This document shows positions 56,375-64,000 of a stretch of DNA of 64,000 nucleotides, in pieces. A program made the position numbers and the translations under genes. Each line of letters starts with the position of its first letter. Position 1 is the first letter of the stretch. The DNA is from an uncultured Candidatus Poseidoniales archaeon (GTDB lineage Archaea > Thermoplasmatota > Poseidoniia > Poseidoniales > Thalassarchaeaceae): assembly GCA_902573015.1 (NCBI GenBank), contig CACGIE010000002.1:7660-71659 (forward strand), in the 5' to 3' direction. The notes under the pieces are model-generated. The model ran no database searches. It saw only the letters and a program-made list of their open reading frames with translations, and was not told the DNA's origin.

Positions 56375-57468
56375 AGGAATCCACCGGCAATTCCCAGATC
56401 CGCGACGACCAGCATTGCCACCGCCTCGACAACAGGTGCTGCTCTAGGGCCTATCACCGGATCGTGCCTTCCGCCGACCTTCAGTGACTGTTTCTTGTTA
56501 CTAGGGAGATGTAGTGTGAATTGCTCTCTGGGTAGGCTGCTTGGTGGTTTGAAATGCACCAATACCCGTAATGGGGCCCCCGTCGATCTGCCTCCAAGGG
56601 CTCCGTCCGCATCTCCAGTCTTGGCTCCTTCCAACTCGGGAACATCATCACCTGGTACCCACATGTCATTATTCTCTGAGCCCCTCATCCTTGATGCCTC
56701 GGTCCCATTAGAGAACTCTATTGCCCTAGCTCCAGGAATTGCCATGAGTGCTCTCGCAAGAGACGGCTCCAGTCCATCGAACCATGGTTCTCCGACACCA
56801 ATGGGGAGTCCGAGAATCAATAACTCTACCACCGAGCCAATTGAGTCCTTCTCTCTTCGGATTTTTCTTATCGATTCCCCCATTATTACTGCTGCATCGG
56901 GATCTCTGCAGTTTAACCTAGACATCTCCGTTCCCTCTTCAAGAGCCTGCGAAGTATCTAGATGAATCAGTGGCCTGGCGGAGATGTCACCCACTCTGCT
57001 TAGATGGGCGTGACATGTCCACCCTGCTTCATCTAGCATCTTCCTGACCTGGCTTCCTGCTGCCACTAATCCAAGAGTTAGCCTAGCAGACTGCGACCCC
57101 CCTCCTCGGGGATCGTTGGATCCACTGGATCTGATTTCCTCAACCATGTCAGCATGACCTGGACGTGGATGATCGGGTAGGAAACTATAGTCAGATGACC
57201 GCGCATCTGAGTTTCGAGCAATCATTAGTAATGGCCAACCTGTTGCCTTACCCTCATGCACTCCTGACAGAATCTCGCATTCGTCAGTCTCCAATCTGGC
57301 TGACATTCCTCTTCTTCCGGGTTTTCTTAGAGATAAGTCGTTCACAAGAGCATCCAAGTCAATTTCTGTCCCTGGAGGAATTCCCTCGAATAGCGCGCCT
57401 ACACACTTCCCGTGGCTTTCCCCGAATAGCGTGACTTTCAGATGCTCTCCAAGTCCCATGCCCATCAT
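56371..57468 (-). CDS. aroC: Chorismate synthase
   Basis: FGESHG, PRPGHAD, RGGG..SAR, GRHDP. Confidence 0.95.
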   Translation of the reverse strand: MMGMGLGEHLKVTLFGESHGKCVGALFEGIPPGTEIDLDALVNDLSLRKPGRRGMSARLETDECEILSGVHEGKATGWPLLMIARNSDARSSDYSFLPDHPRPGHADMVEEIRSSGSNDPRGGGSQSARLTLGLVAAGSQVRKMLDEAGWTCHAHLSRVGDISARPLIHLDTSQALEEGTEMSRLNCRDPDAAVIMGESIRKIRREKDSIGSVVELLILGLPIGVGEPWFDGLEPSLARALMAIPGARAIEFSNGTEASRMRGSENNDMWVPGDDVPELEGAKTGDADGALGGRSTGAPLRVLVHFKPPSSLPREQFTLHLPSNKKQSLKVGGRHDPVIGPRAAPVVEAVAMLVVADLGIAGGFL

Positions 57469-58319
57469 TGCACCTCGGAAATCTCATCTTTCAGATAAAT
57501 GCCTGTTGAAATAACCTCGAATCCAGATTCGGAAAATAGCTTTGAAAGAGATTTCGAATCTTCCTGGAAGCATACGATTGCAATTGATGGTCCGGACCCA
57601 CTAATTCCAGCTGCAATGGCTCCTGATGCGATGCTCAAATTGCAAATTCTCAGGGCCTCTTGATCATCAGTTGCTGCAGCAACAGCCATTCCATTCGATG
57701 ACAATGCATCTAGAATTGATCCTCTCATTATGGAAGCCAGTGACCTCTCGAATATCTGCTCCTGATGCGAAAAGGCCTCAGGTGAAATCTCCACTGATCT
57801 TTTTCCCCTTAGTACTACAAGTATCGAAAGCCTAGGATCAATATCCCCTTGGAGGATTATTGACTCAGATGCAGATAGAGTTGGGTCTACTAGTTTCCAG
57901 CCCGGTTCCAACGACGCCCAATTATCGTCCATGCTACCTGTCTTGGCACAATTAGAGATAAGATGCGAGTTAGCCGCGATATCTGCAATCTCAAAGTTAG
58001 AAAGACCGGCCCATGCACATGAGTTGAGAGCCCTGAGAGCTGCACATGACAATGCTGAGCTTGACTTGAGACCCTGTCCAATAGGAATTGAGCTGTCCAC
58101 CTTCCATCCAAATTGATCAGGGATTGGGAGACCCCTATCCCTCCAGCATTTCTCCACTGCAGCGAGAAGTCCGTGCCTGTCATCTTCATTTTCAACCGCT
58201 TCATCTACTATCTGGACCTTGGTTGTTAGTTGGATGCCGATAGAGCAGCCCCTGCCCAATCCCAGAGCGTGTAGGATGGATATGGCCCCGTTCGATTCCC
58301 CTTCCCCTAGAACATTCAC
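57465..58319 (-). CDS. aroK: Archaeal (GHMP-type) shikimate kinase
   Basis: GAISILHA, IPIGQGLKSSSA, TG..DD, SGSGPS. Confidence 0.9.
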   Translation of the reverse strand: MNVLGEGESNGAISILHALGLGRGCSIGIQLTTKVQIVDEAVENEDDRHGLLAAVEKCWRDRGLPIPDQFGWKVDSSIPIGQGLKSSSALSCAALRALNSCAWAGLSNFEIADIAANSHLISNCAKTGSMDDNWASLEPGWKLVDPTLSASESIILQGDIDPRLSILVVLRGKRSVEISPEAFSHQEQIFERSLASIMRGSILDALSSNGMAVAAATDDQEALRICNLSIASGAIAAGISGSGPSIAIVCFQEDSKSLSKLFSESGFEVISTGIYLKDEISEVQ

Positions 58320-59254
58320 TTCTCTACCATCTCCCCATCAAGTGCGATTCCAATGTGCCTTACTCGATCGTCTGCCAATACCGTTATCTTGTCTCCGGGC
58401 TTTGCATCTGTTACTGAAACGGATGTCCCCTTTGGAGAAACAAATCTAACTGTCTCTGCTTGCTGGACGACTACCTGTCCCTCTTCTCCAGACATATCGA
58501 ATCTGATTACGAGAAGAGGGCGCATTTCGATCTTCAACCTTCCTACAACGGCAGTTTCGATATGTCCGGACGAAGACAGGATTGCTATTTCGTCACCAGT
58601 TTCTAATTCGCTCATGTACTTCGTTCTTCCATCTGCCATTAGGATGTAAGAGTGAATCGCTCCAGCATTTATCCTGAATGGCCTATTGGGGACATATTCT
58701 GAGGAAATAGTTTCACCATGTATCAGACACAATTTTCCAGAAATAGAGCCAGTCGCTGCTCCTTGTCCTTCGTTTATCCTTCTTGTCAGATCTATGCATA
58801 CTCTCTCACCAACTCCAGCACTCTCCATAGATAGGATTCTTGCCTCTGTGAGGTTGATTTGTCTATTCTCGATAGGCTCTTCCTTCGTCCATCTGTCTCC
58901 CAAAAAATTGATCGCGTCGTCCACCATGTCTCCTGGGATCAGGATAGCATCGACACCCCCTCCAAGTGCAAATGCTGCTCCAGAAATCTCTATTTCTCTA
59001 TCAATTGCTGCAGCAATTCTTGTCTGAGTCCCTCTGGAACATGCGATTAGATTCTCCAGGGGTATCATCGTCCAATCCGAGCATCTGACCAATATCCACG
59101 GCACAAGTCCAATGAGAGAAATTGCCTCATCCTGATCAGAGGGAACGTCAATTGAAACTTCTGCCACATCATGAGAAGAACCGGTCCACAAGCGGGAGAT
59201 GAAATTTTGATTCGGGTCCGAGTTCACTTCATTCTCTACCCATATCTGCATCAT
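58316..59254 (-). CDS. 3-dehydroquinate synthase II (archaeal aroB')
   Basis: DWTMIPLENLIA, GERVCID, RPFRINAGA.HSY, KIE.RP, Q.AETVR, RH.G. Confidence 0.92.
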   Translation of the reverse strand: MMQIWVENEVNSDPNQNFISRLWTGSSHDVAEVSIDVPSDQDEAISLIGLVPWILVRCSDWTMIPLENLIACSRGTQTRIAAAIDREIEISGAAFALGGGVDAILIPGDMVDDAINFLGDRWTKEEPIENRQINLTEARILSMESAGVGERVCIDLTRRINEGQGAATGSISGKLCLIHGETISSEYVPNRPFRINAGAIHSYILMADGRTKYMSELETGDEIAILSSSGHIETAVVGRLKIEMRPLLVIRFDMSGEEGQVVVQQAETVRFVSPKGTSVSVTDAKPGDKITVLADDRVRHIGIALDGEMVEK

Positions 59255-59255
59255 C

Positions 59256-60050
59256 TCACCTCAGATGCCTAGAAGCCTCTTCTGCATTGGCTCCGTCATG
59301 AACAATGGCCCTCAATGCTCTGATTCGGGAAGCTGGATGCTCAGAGGAGAATACGTTCCTCCCCATACAAACCCCGGACCCCCCTGCATTGATTGACTTC
59401 TCAACTAATTCCAGAACTTTACCGAAGTCATCGTCCTTGGGACCTCCAGAAACCAGTACTGGAATCGGGACAGAGGAGGTTACTATCTCGAATGACTCCT
59501 CTGATCCAGTCCAAGGAACCTTGACGACGTTGCATCCCAATTCCCAAGCAAGTCTAGCCGCATGAGCGACCCCTGAAGTTGAGTCTGAATCATCCAAGTT
59601 CAGGTTGTCCCCCCTGGGATAGAACATCCCCAATACCGGGATTGATTTCTCATGAGAATCCGTGGTTACCCTAGCCATCCTCTGTATCATCTCCGGCTCT
59701 GCCGGATCACCGAGATTGACTTGTGCCGACATTGCAATTGCCCCCCTATCAAGGCCCTCGGAAGGAGTAGCAACAAGGACCTTGTCTTGAGAACGGTCGC
59801 CTCCATGGATGGTGGACAAGGATGCGTGGCAGACGAAGCGCCCCCATGACGTCCTGGCGAAGTGGTGGGAGATAGGTCCCTTCTGCATTACTATTGCATC
59901 TGCCCCTCCTTCAATGACTGCATCTACAGCTTTATCGGAGTCTAACAAACCCTGTTCCGGGAAGGAAGATGCACTATGGTCCATTGGGACCCAAACCCCT
60001 CTTCCGTTCGGCAGAATCGTTTCCAAGCGGCTTGCAAGGACGTCTGTCAT
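59256..60050 (-). CDS. 2-amino-3,7-dideoxy-D-threo-hept-6-ulosonate synthase (class I aldolase, aroA')
   Basis: PMDH, YPRG, ELG...VK, SGGPK, GRNVF; adjacent to DHQ synthase II. Confidence 0.85.
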   Translation of the reverse strand: MTDVLASRLETILPNGRGVWVPMDHSASSFPEQGLLDSDKAVDAVIEGGADAIVMQKGPISHHFARTSWGRFVCHASLSTIHGGDRSQDKVLVATPSEGLDRGAIAMSAQVNLGDPAEPEMIQRMARVTTDSHEKSIPVLGMFYPRGDNLNLDDSDSTSGVAHAARLAWELGCNVVKVPWTGSEESFEIVTSSVPIPVLVSGGPKDDDFGKVLELVEKSINAGGSGVCMGRNVFSSEHPASRIRALRAIVHDGANAEEASRHLR

Positions 60051-60123
60051 GATTTATCGCCTATGTTCCCCTCTCTTGAAGGGTACCATTTGCTTCTTTC
60101 CTAGACAAAAAACAGAATTGGAG

Positions 60124-60906
60124 TCACATCTCCAAGTCCACAATAACAGGGGCATGGTCGGAAACGACAAGTCCGCCCTCCCTCATTATCTCTACAGATT
60201 TCATCAGGGGCCTTGCGGCCTTGTTTGCTAGGATGTAGTCAATCCTCCAACCCCTATCCCTCTCCCTTGCCCGACGGAAGTTAGACCACCAAGAATAGGG
60301 GCCCTTGACCTCTCCCACGTGAATACGTAGGAGGTCCGACCAACCAGATGCAAGCATTCTATCGAACCACTCCCTCTCATGCTCCAAGAAACCAGAGGTG
60401 CGCTTATTTCCGGCTGGATCCCAAATATCATCCTCCGTGTGCGCGATATTCAGATCGCCGCAGAGAAGAGCGGGTTCATCAGAGTCCAGAAATTGCTTAC
60501 TCCAGACTAGCATATCTTCGAGCCACTGATCCTTGTAGTCCTGACGCTCTTGTCTTGCTGAGCCATTTGGAAGATACATGTTGACGCAACTCAGATTACC
60601 ATGTTTCGTTACTAGTACCCTGCCTTCGGGGTCTCTAGTCTCATCAAGATCCGTATCTATGCCCCTCCCAATCTCAACCATCCCGACTCTTGAGCATGAC
60701 ATTACGCCAGAGTAACCCTTCTTCTGGGCCGGATGCCAAATCACCTCGTATCCCTCCGGCTCAGACCAATCCTTGGGCATCTGCTCGGGTAGAGCTCTAA
60801 CTTCTTGGAATAGCATTACGTCGGCATCGATTCTCTCAATGAAATCATCAAGCCCCTTTCTATGGGCTGCTCGGATACCATTCAGATTCCAAGTTACGAC
60901 TCGCAT
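60124..60906 (-). CDS. xth: Exodeoxyribonuclease III
   Basis: WNLNGIRA, QE, GDLNIAH, GWRIDY, SDHAP. Confidence 0.95.
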   Translation of the reverse strand: MRVVTWNLNGIRAAHRKGLDDFIERIDADVMLFQEVRALPEQMPKDWSEPEGYEVIWHPAQKKGYSGVMSCSRVGMVEIGRGIDTDLDETRDPEGRVLVTKHGNLSCVNMYLPNGSARQERQDYKDQWLEDMLVWSKQFLDSDEPALLCGDLNIAHTEDDIWDPAGNKRTSGFLEHEREWFDRMLASGWSDLLRIHVGEVKGPYSWWSNFRRARERDRGWRIDYILANKAARPLMKSVEIMREGGLVVSDHAPVIVDLEM

Positions 60907-60915
60907 GTACGTGCG

Positions 60916-63378
60916 CTACTGCGATAGGTCTTTGACCTTCTCGACTAGATTCATCTTTCTGATCCTCCTCATGCCATATGGGGTCAGGATGACAGAGATG
61001 AACACAACAATCCCAATTAGTTGCATTGCTACTGCCGGATCTGCTGATACGGTCATGTAAAATGACCATTGTACGAAAGACGATACCATTGCTTGAGTTC
61101 CAACCAAAGTGAACGCGAACGCCAAAACACCTCCAATCAGGCCTATTGCCAAGTGCTCGCCGAACATCATCCAGCCAAGTCTGTTCATTGGGGCTCCCAG
61201 AACCCTTAGCGTTGCAATTTCCCTATCTCTTTCTGAGAGGTTGATTATCAGGGTATTGAATAGTACCACTATTGCAATCAGGATTCCGAGAAACAGGATG
61301 GAGCCCAAAAAGCCCTGCTGCTGCTCTAGAACTGACTCGTATGAAGAGATCAGGTCCTCCTTTTCTATTACTACTAGTGAGACGTTACCAAGGTCACTAT
61401 CTGCAACCGCTCCATCTGGAAGGTCTATCAGAACTGCTGTTGCTTCCACCCCCACTATCTCTGCAAGGTCTGATCTGTGGAAGTAGACGGTTCTACTCAT
61501 TTCCCCCTGAGTAATTCCAACAATCTCAACAGGCGCGGGAGTAGACCCGAACATGAGAGTCTGGATTTCTCCTGTCTCCCATCCTAGGAAAAAGTTCAGA
61601 CCTTCGTCAATTAGAATCTGATTTGTCTGAAGACCTGCTTCCGGAAGTTTGCCTTCCTTTAGATCTAGTTGGACTAATGCGCTGCTTTCCGTGGATAAGA
61701 CTTCCATTCCATTGGCCGAAATTACTCGTGAGTCATTGACTGGATTTGCTGGGAAAGTAATGATTCTCTCATGATAGCCACCCTTGTCGTCCACCCATTG
61801 GATTACTTCATCCTCACCTCCGAACAACACATTGGCCTGGATGTCCCAGTTCTGATCATCTTCGACCGATCCCACGGTCATTTCTTCCATTGATGACATC
61901 ATTAGAGTCGTGCTTCCGAACAGCAACATGGAGAGTCCTACTGCTAGGAATGTGAAGGTCAATCTTGCTGGTTTCCTGATGCTCGATCTGATGGTCAAGC
62001 CCGCAGTTGCGGGAAGTCTGGAAGTGATCTTCTGTATCTTCCTGGAGGAAATTCTGATCTCATGCTCTCCCCTCATTACCTCTAGAGGCTGGAGCCTAGA
62101 TGCTTGAATGGCTGGAAGTATTCCCGAGAAAAGTACGACGGCTGTTGTAACCACTACGATCTGCAATACAATTTGTCCGAGTTCCGCTGGTTGGAGAATA
62201 GGTATGCCCATAAAGTCCTCATAAAACGTCAACATGGCGGGTGTGCCCACATAAACACCCAGAATCGCTCCGAGCAAAGATCCAGCGATTCCAATTCCTA
62301 GTGGCATAATGACATAGGATGGCATGATTGCCCATCTTGGGACGCCGAGTGTTCTCAAAATCGCTATCTCCCGTGACTGAGACTGGACTAGTCTCTGAAG
62401 GCTAAGGAATAGGGTGATTCCAGCGATAGCAGCTATCATCCCTGTAATCGGGATGTAAAACAGCATAGCTCCTTCAGCGTCAGCACGTAATATTTCCACT
62501 GAGAAAACTTGTGAGCGGTCGTAAATTAGAGAAGGAGAGTCTACTGAGTTTGAAATCATCTCATCCATTGCTTTAGTGATTAGGGTGAGTTCGGGACCAT
62601 CGTCCTCATCTGTGGACGGGAGATTGTAATCAGGGGTGCCCAAGATATCAATCAGGAGTAGATTCGAAGAGCCGCTGCTCATGTTAGCCAATATCTCCAG
62701 ACCCTCTGATGAGAGGTACCCTGTAGCAAAGTTACCTGGCTCAGCCGGGAATAGATCTCCGTCTTGTGCGTAGTAAAGATGGTTTGAGTGGAGTCCAATC
62801 CCCACGACTGTGAAGTTCATTCTACCGTTTCCCGCACCTATGGTCACGGAATCACCCAAGGATATCTCCATCCCGGTTGCGACGCGGGCATCGATGACTA
62901 TCTCAGATTCCATTGTGGCCAACCTCCCGGAACAGCAATGGTGGCTAGGCATCCATACGCGGTCTACGGACCCCTCATCGATTCCGTGCCAGACGGCTGG
63001 GACGAGTTTCTCTATCTGTTCCCCCGCCTCTGTCGTTTCGTAGAACATTGTACCATCTAGCCTCAATCTGGGCTCGCATTCGTTGAGGACCAAATCGGAT
63101 TCTGGCCAATTATTGGTGATATCCTCGCAAAGAGAGGCTGAGGTTTCTCCGTCCCAAGTGCCACTTGGATTCTCTACCCACAAATCTGGAAGATTAACTG
63201 CGTTCTCGGAGTCCTCGTAGATTTCGTCATACATCCCAGAAACTGTATGTGCATAAGCTGCGAATGATACCCCAGCAAATACTGCCACTACTACCATGGC
63301 TACCACGGCAACGAGTCTAATCTTTGACCTCATCATGCTCCTTGCCAGACGCTTGTTCAGTAGAATGAGCATTGGCAA
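60916..63378 (-). CDS. ABC transporter permease, FtsX/MacB-like with two FtsX domains
   Basis: REIAILRTLG and ERDREIATLRVLG; large extracellular loops. Confidence 0.9.
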   Translation of the reverse strand: MPMLILLNKRLARSMMRSKIRLVAVVAMVVVAVFAGVSFAAYAHTVSGMYDEIYEDSENAVNLPDLWVENPSGTWDGETSASLCEDITNNWPESDLVLNECEPRLRLDGTMFYETTEAGEQIEKLVPAVWHGIDEGSVDRVWMPSHHCCSGRLATMESEIVIDARVATGMEISLGDSVTIGAGNGRMNFTVVGIGLHSNHLYYAQDGDLFPAEPGNFATGYLSSEGLEILANMSSGSSNLLLIDILGTPDYNLPSTDEDDGPELTLITKAMDEMISNSVDSPSLIYDRSQVFSVEILRADAEGAMLFYIPITGMIAAIAGITLFLSLQRLVQSQSREIAILRTLGVPRWAIMPSYVIMPLGIGIAGSLLGAILGVYVGTPAMLTFYEDFMGIPILQPAELGQIVLQIVVVTTAVVLFSGILPAIQASRLQPLEVMRGEHEIRISSRKIQKITSRLPATAGLTIRSSIRKPARLTFTFLAVGLSMLLFGSTTLMMSSMEEMTVGSVEDDQNWDIQANVLFGGEDEVIQWVDDKGGYHERIITFPANPVNDSRVISANGMEVLSTESSALVQLDLKEGKLPEAGLQTNQILIDEGLNFFLGWETGEIQTLMFGSTPAPVEIVGITQGEMSRTVYFHRSDLAEIVGVEATAVLIDLPDGAVADSDLGNVSLVVIEKEDLISSYESVLEQQQGFLGSILFLGILIAIVVLFNTLIINLSERDREIATLRVLGAPMNRLGWMMFGEHLAIGLIGGVLAFAFTLVGTQAMVSSFVQWSFYMTVSADPAVAMQLIGIVVFISVILTPYGMRRIRKMNLVEKVKDLSQ

Positions 63379-63380
63379 AC

Positions 63381-64000
63381 CTATCCTACAATGTGAACTG
63401 GGGTTGATGGGGGGGCATGCCCACCGCCGCTTTCATCGGAGATGATTTTGCCACTATCGATCCTAATGACTCTCGTAGCATATTGAACAAGAGACTCGTC
63501 ATGAGTAACGAAAACACATGTGATTCCCTCCGAGTCGCACGCCTTGACTAGGACTTCCATTACAACAGATGATGTCCATGAGTCTAGATTCCCCGTCAAC
63601 TCGTCTCCGAGAAGAAGCCTTGGCCTCTTTGCTAGGCTTCTAGCAATGGCTACTCTCTGCTGCTGGCCACCACTAATCTCTGCAGGAAAGCGATCGACCT
63701 CGCCTTCTAGTCCTACAAGTGCTAGTAGATTACGAGCCCTATCTTCGTCCCTGCCCCCTGCCAACTCCTGAATTAGCAGCAGATTTTCCAAAACAGTGAG
63801 GTCCTGTAGCAAATTAAAGAATTGGAAAACGTATCCAATGTTCTCTCTTCTGAATGTAGTCATGGCCTCTGATTCGTTCTTTGGGACCTTTTTGCCCGAG
63901 AATTGGTATTCTCCGGATGTTGGGCTGTCCAATGCAGATAAGCAGTTCAGAAGTGTGGTCTTTCCGGAACCAGATGGCCCCAGAAGTATGATTCTTTCAC
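63381..64000 (-). CDS. ABC ATP-binding protein (LolD/MacB-like); 5' end lies outside the window
   Basis: Walker A GPSGSGKTT at ~63955-63981, upstream of the tracked ORF; ISGGQQQRVAIARS; DELTGNLD. Confidence 0.93.
   Translation of the reverse strand, partial: ERIILLGPSGSGKTTLLNCLSALDSPTSGEYQFSGKKVPKNESEAMTTFRRENIGYVFQFFNLLQDLTVLENLLLIQELAGGRDEDRARNLLALVGLEGEVDRFPAEISGGQQQRVAIARSLAKRPRLLLGDELTGNLDSWTSSVVMEVLVKACDSEGITCVFVTHDESLVQYATRVIRIDSGKIISDESGGGHAPPSTPVHIVG

Overview
Gene-dense archaeal chromosomal segment of about 55 CDS. I recognised no rRNA, tRNA, CRISPR array or mobile element. The gene content points to Marine Group II Euryarchaeota (Ca. Poseidoniales); this is inferred from the archaeal TBP, SepF, RibL/RibB, the DKFP-type shikimate pathway, mevalonate kinase, and many secreted S8/PKD/lipoproteins mixed with bacterial-type genes. 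Housekeeping genes include ileS, cysS, nth, xth, nadE, trxB, a riboflavin operon, a chorismate operon, a membrane PPase and a MoxR-DUF58 cluster. Five items stand out. (1) A ~190 bp island of ~19% GC at 37.05-37.24 kb carries regularly spaced TGTGGTA boxes and is a candidate non-ORB replication origin or other protein-binding array. (2) One 1308-aa ORF fuses a secreted subtilase to an AmpG-type MFS permease. (3) An hcrCAB-like (4-hydroxybenzoyl-CoA reductase-type) molybdoenzyme sits with MocA, XdhC and MoeB maturation genes. (4) A fused E1 alpha/beta 2-oxoacid dehydrogenase has an N-terminal Zn ribbon. (5) TBP has a 54-aa acidic insertion and IleRS has a GIHH signature. All calls come from motif recognition by eye; no database searches were run.
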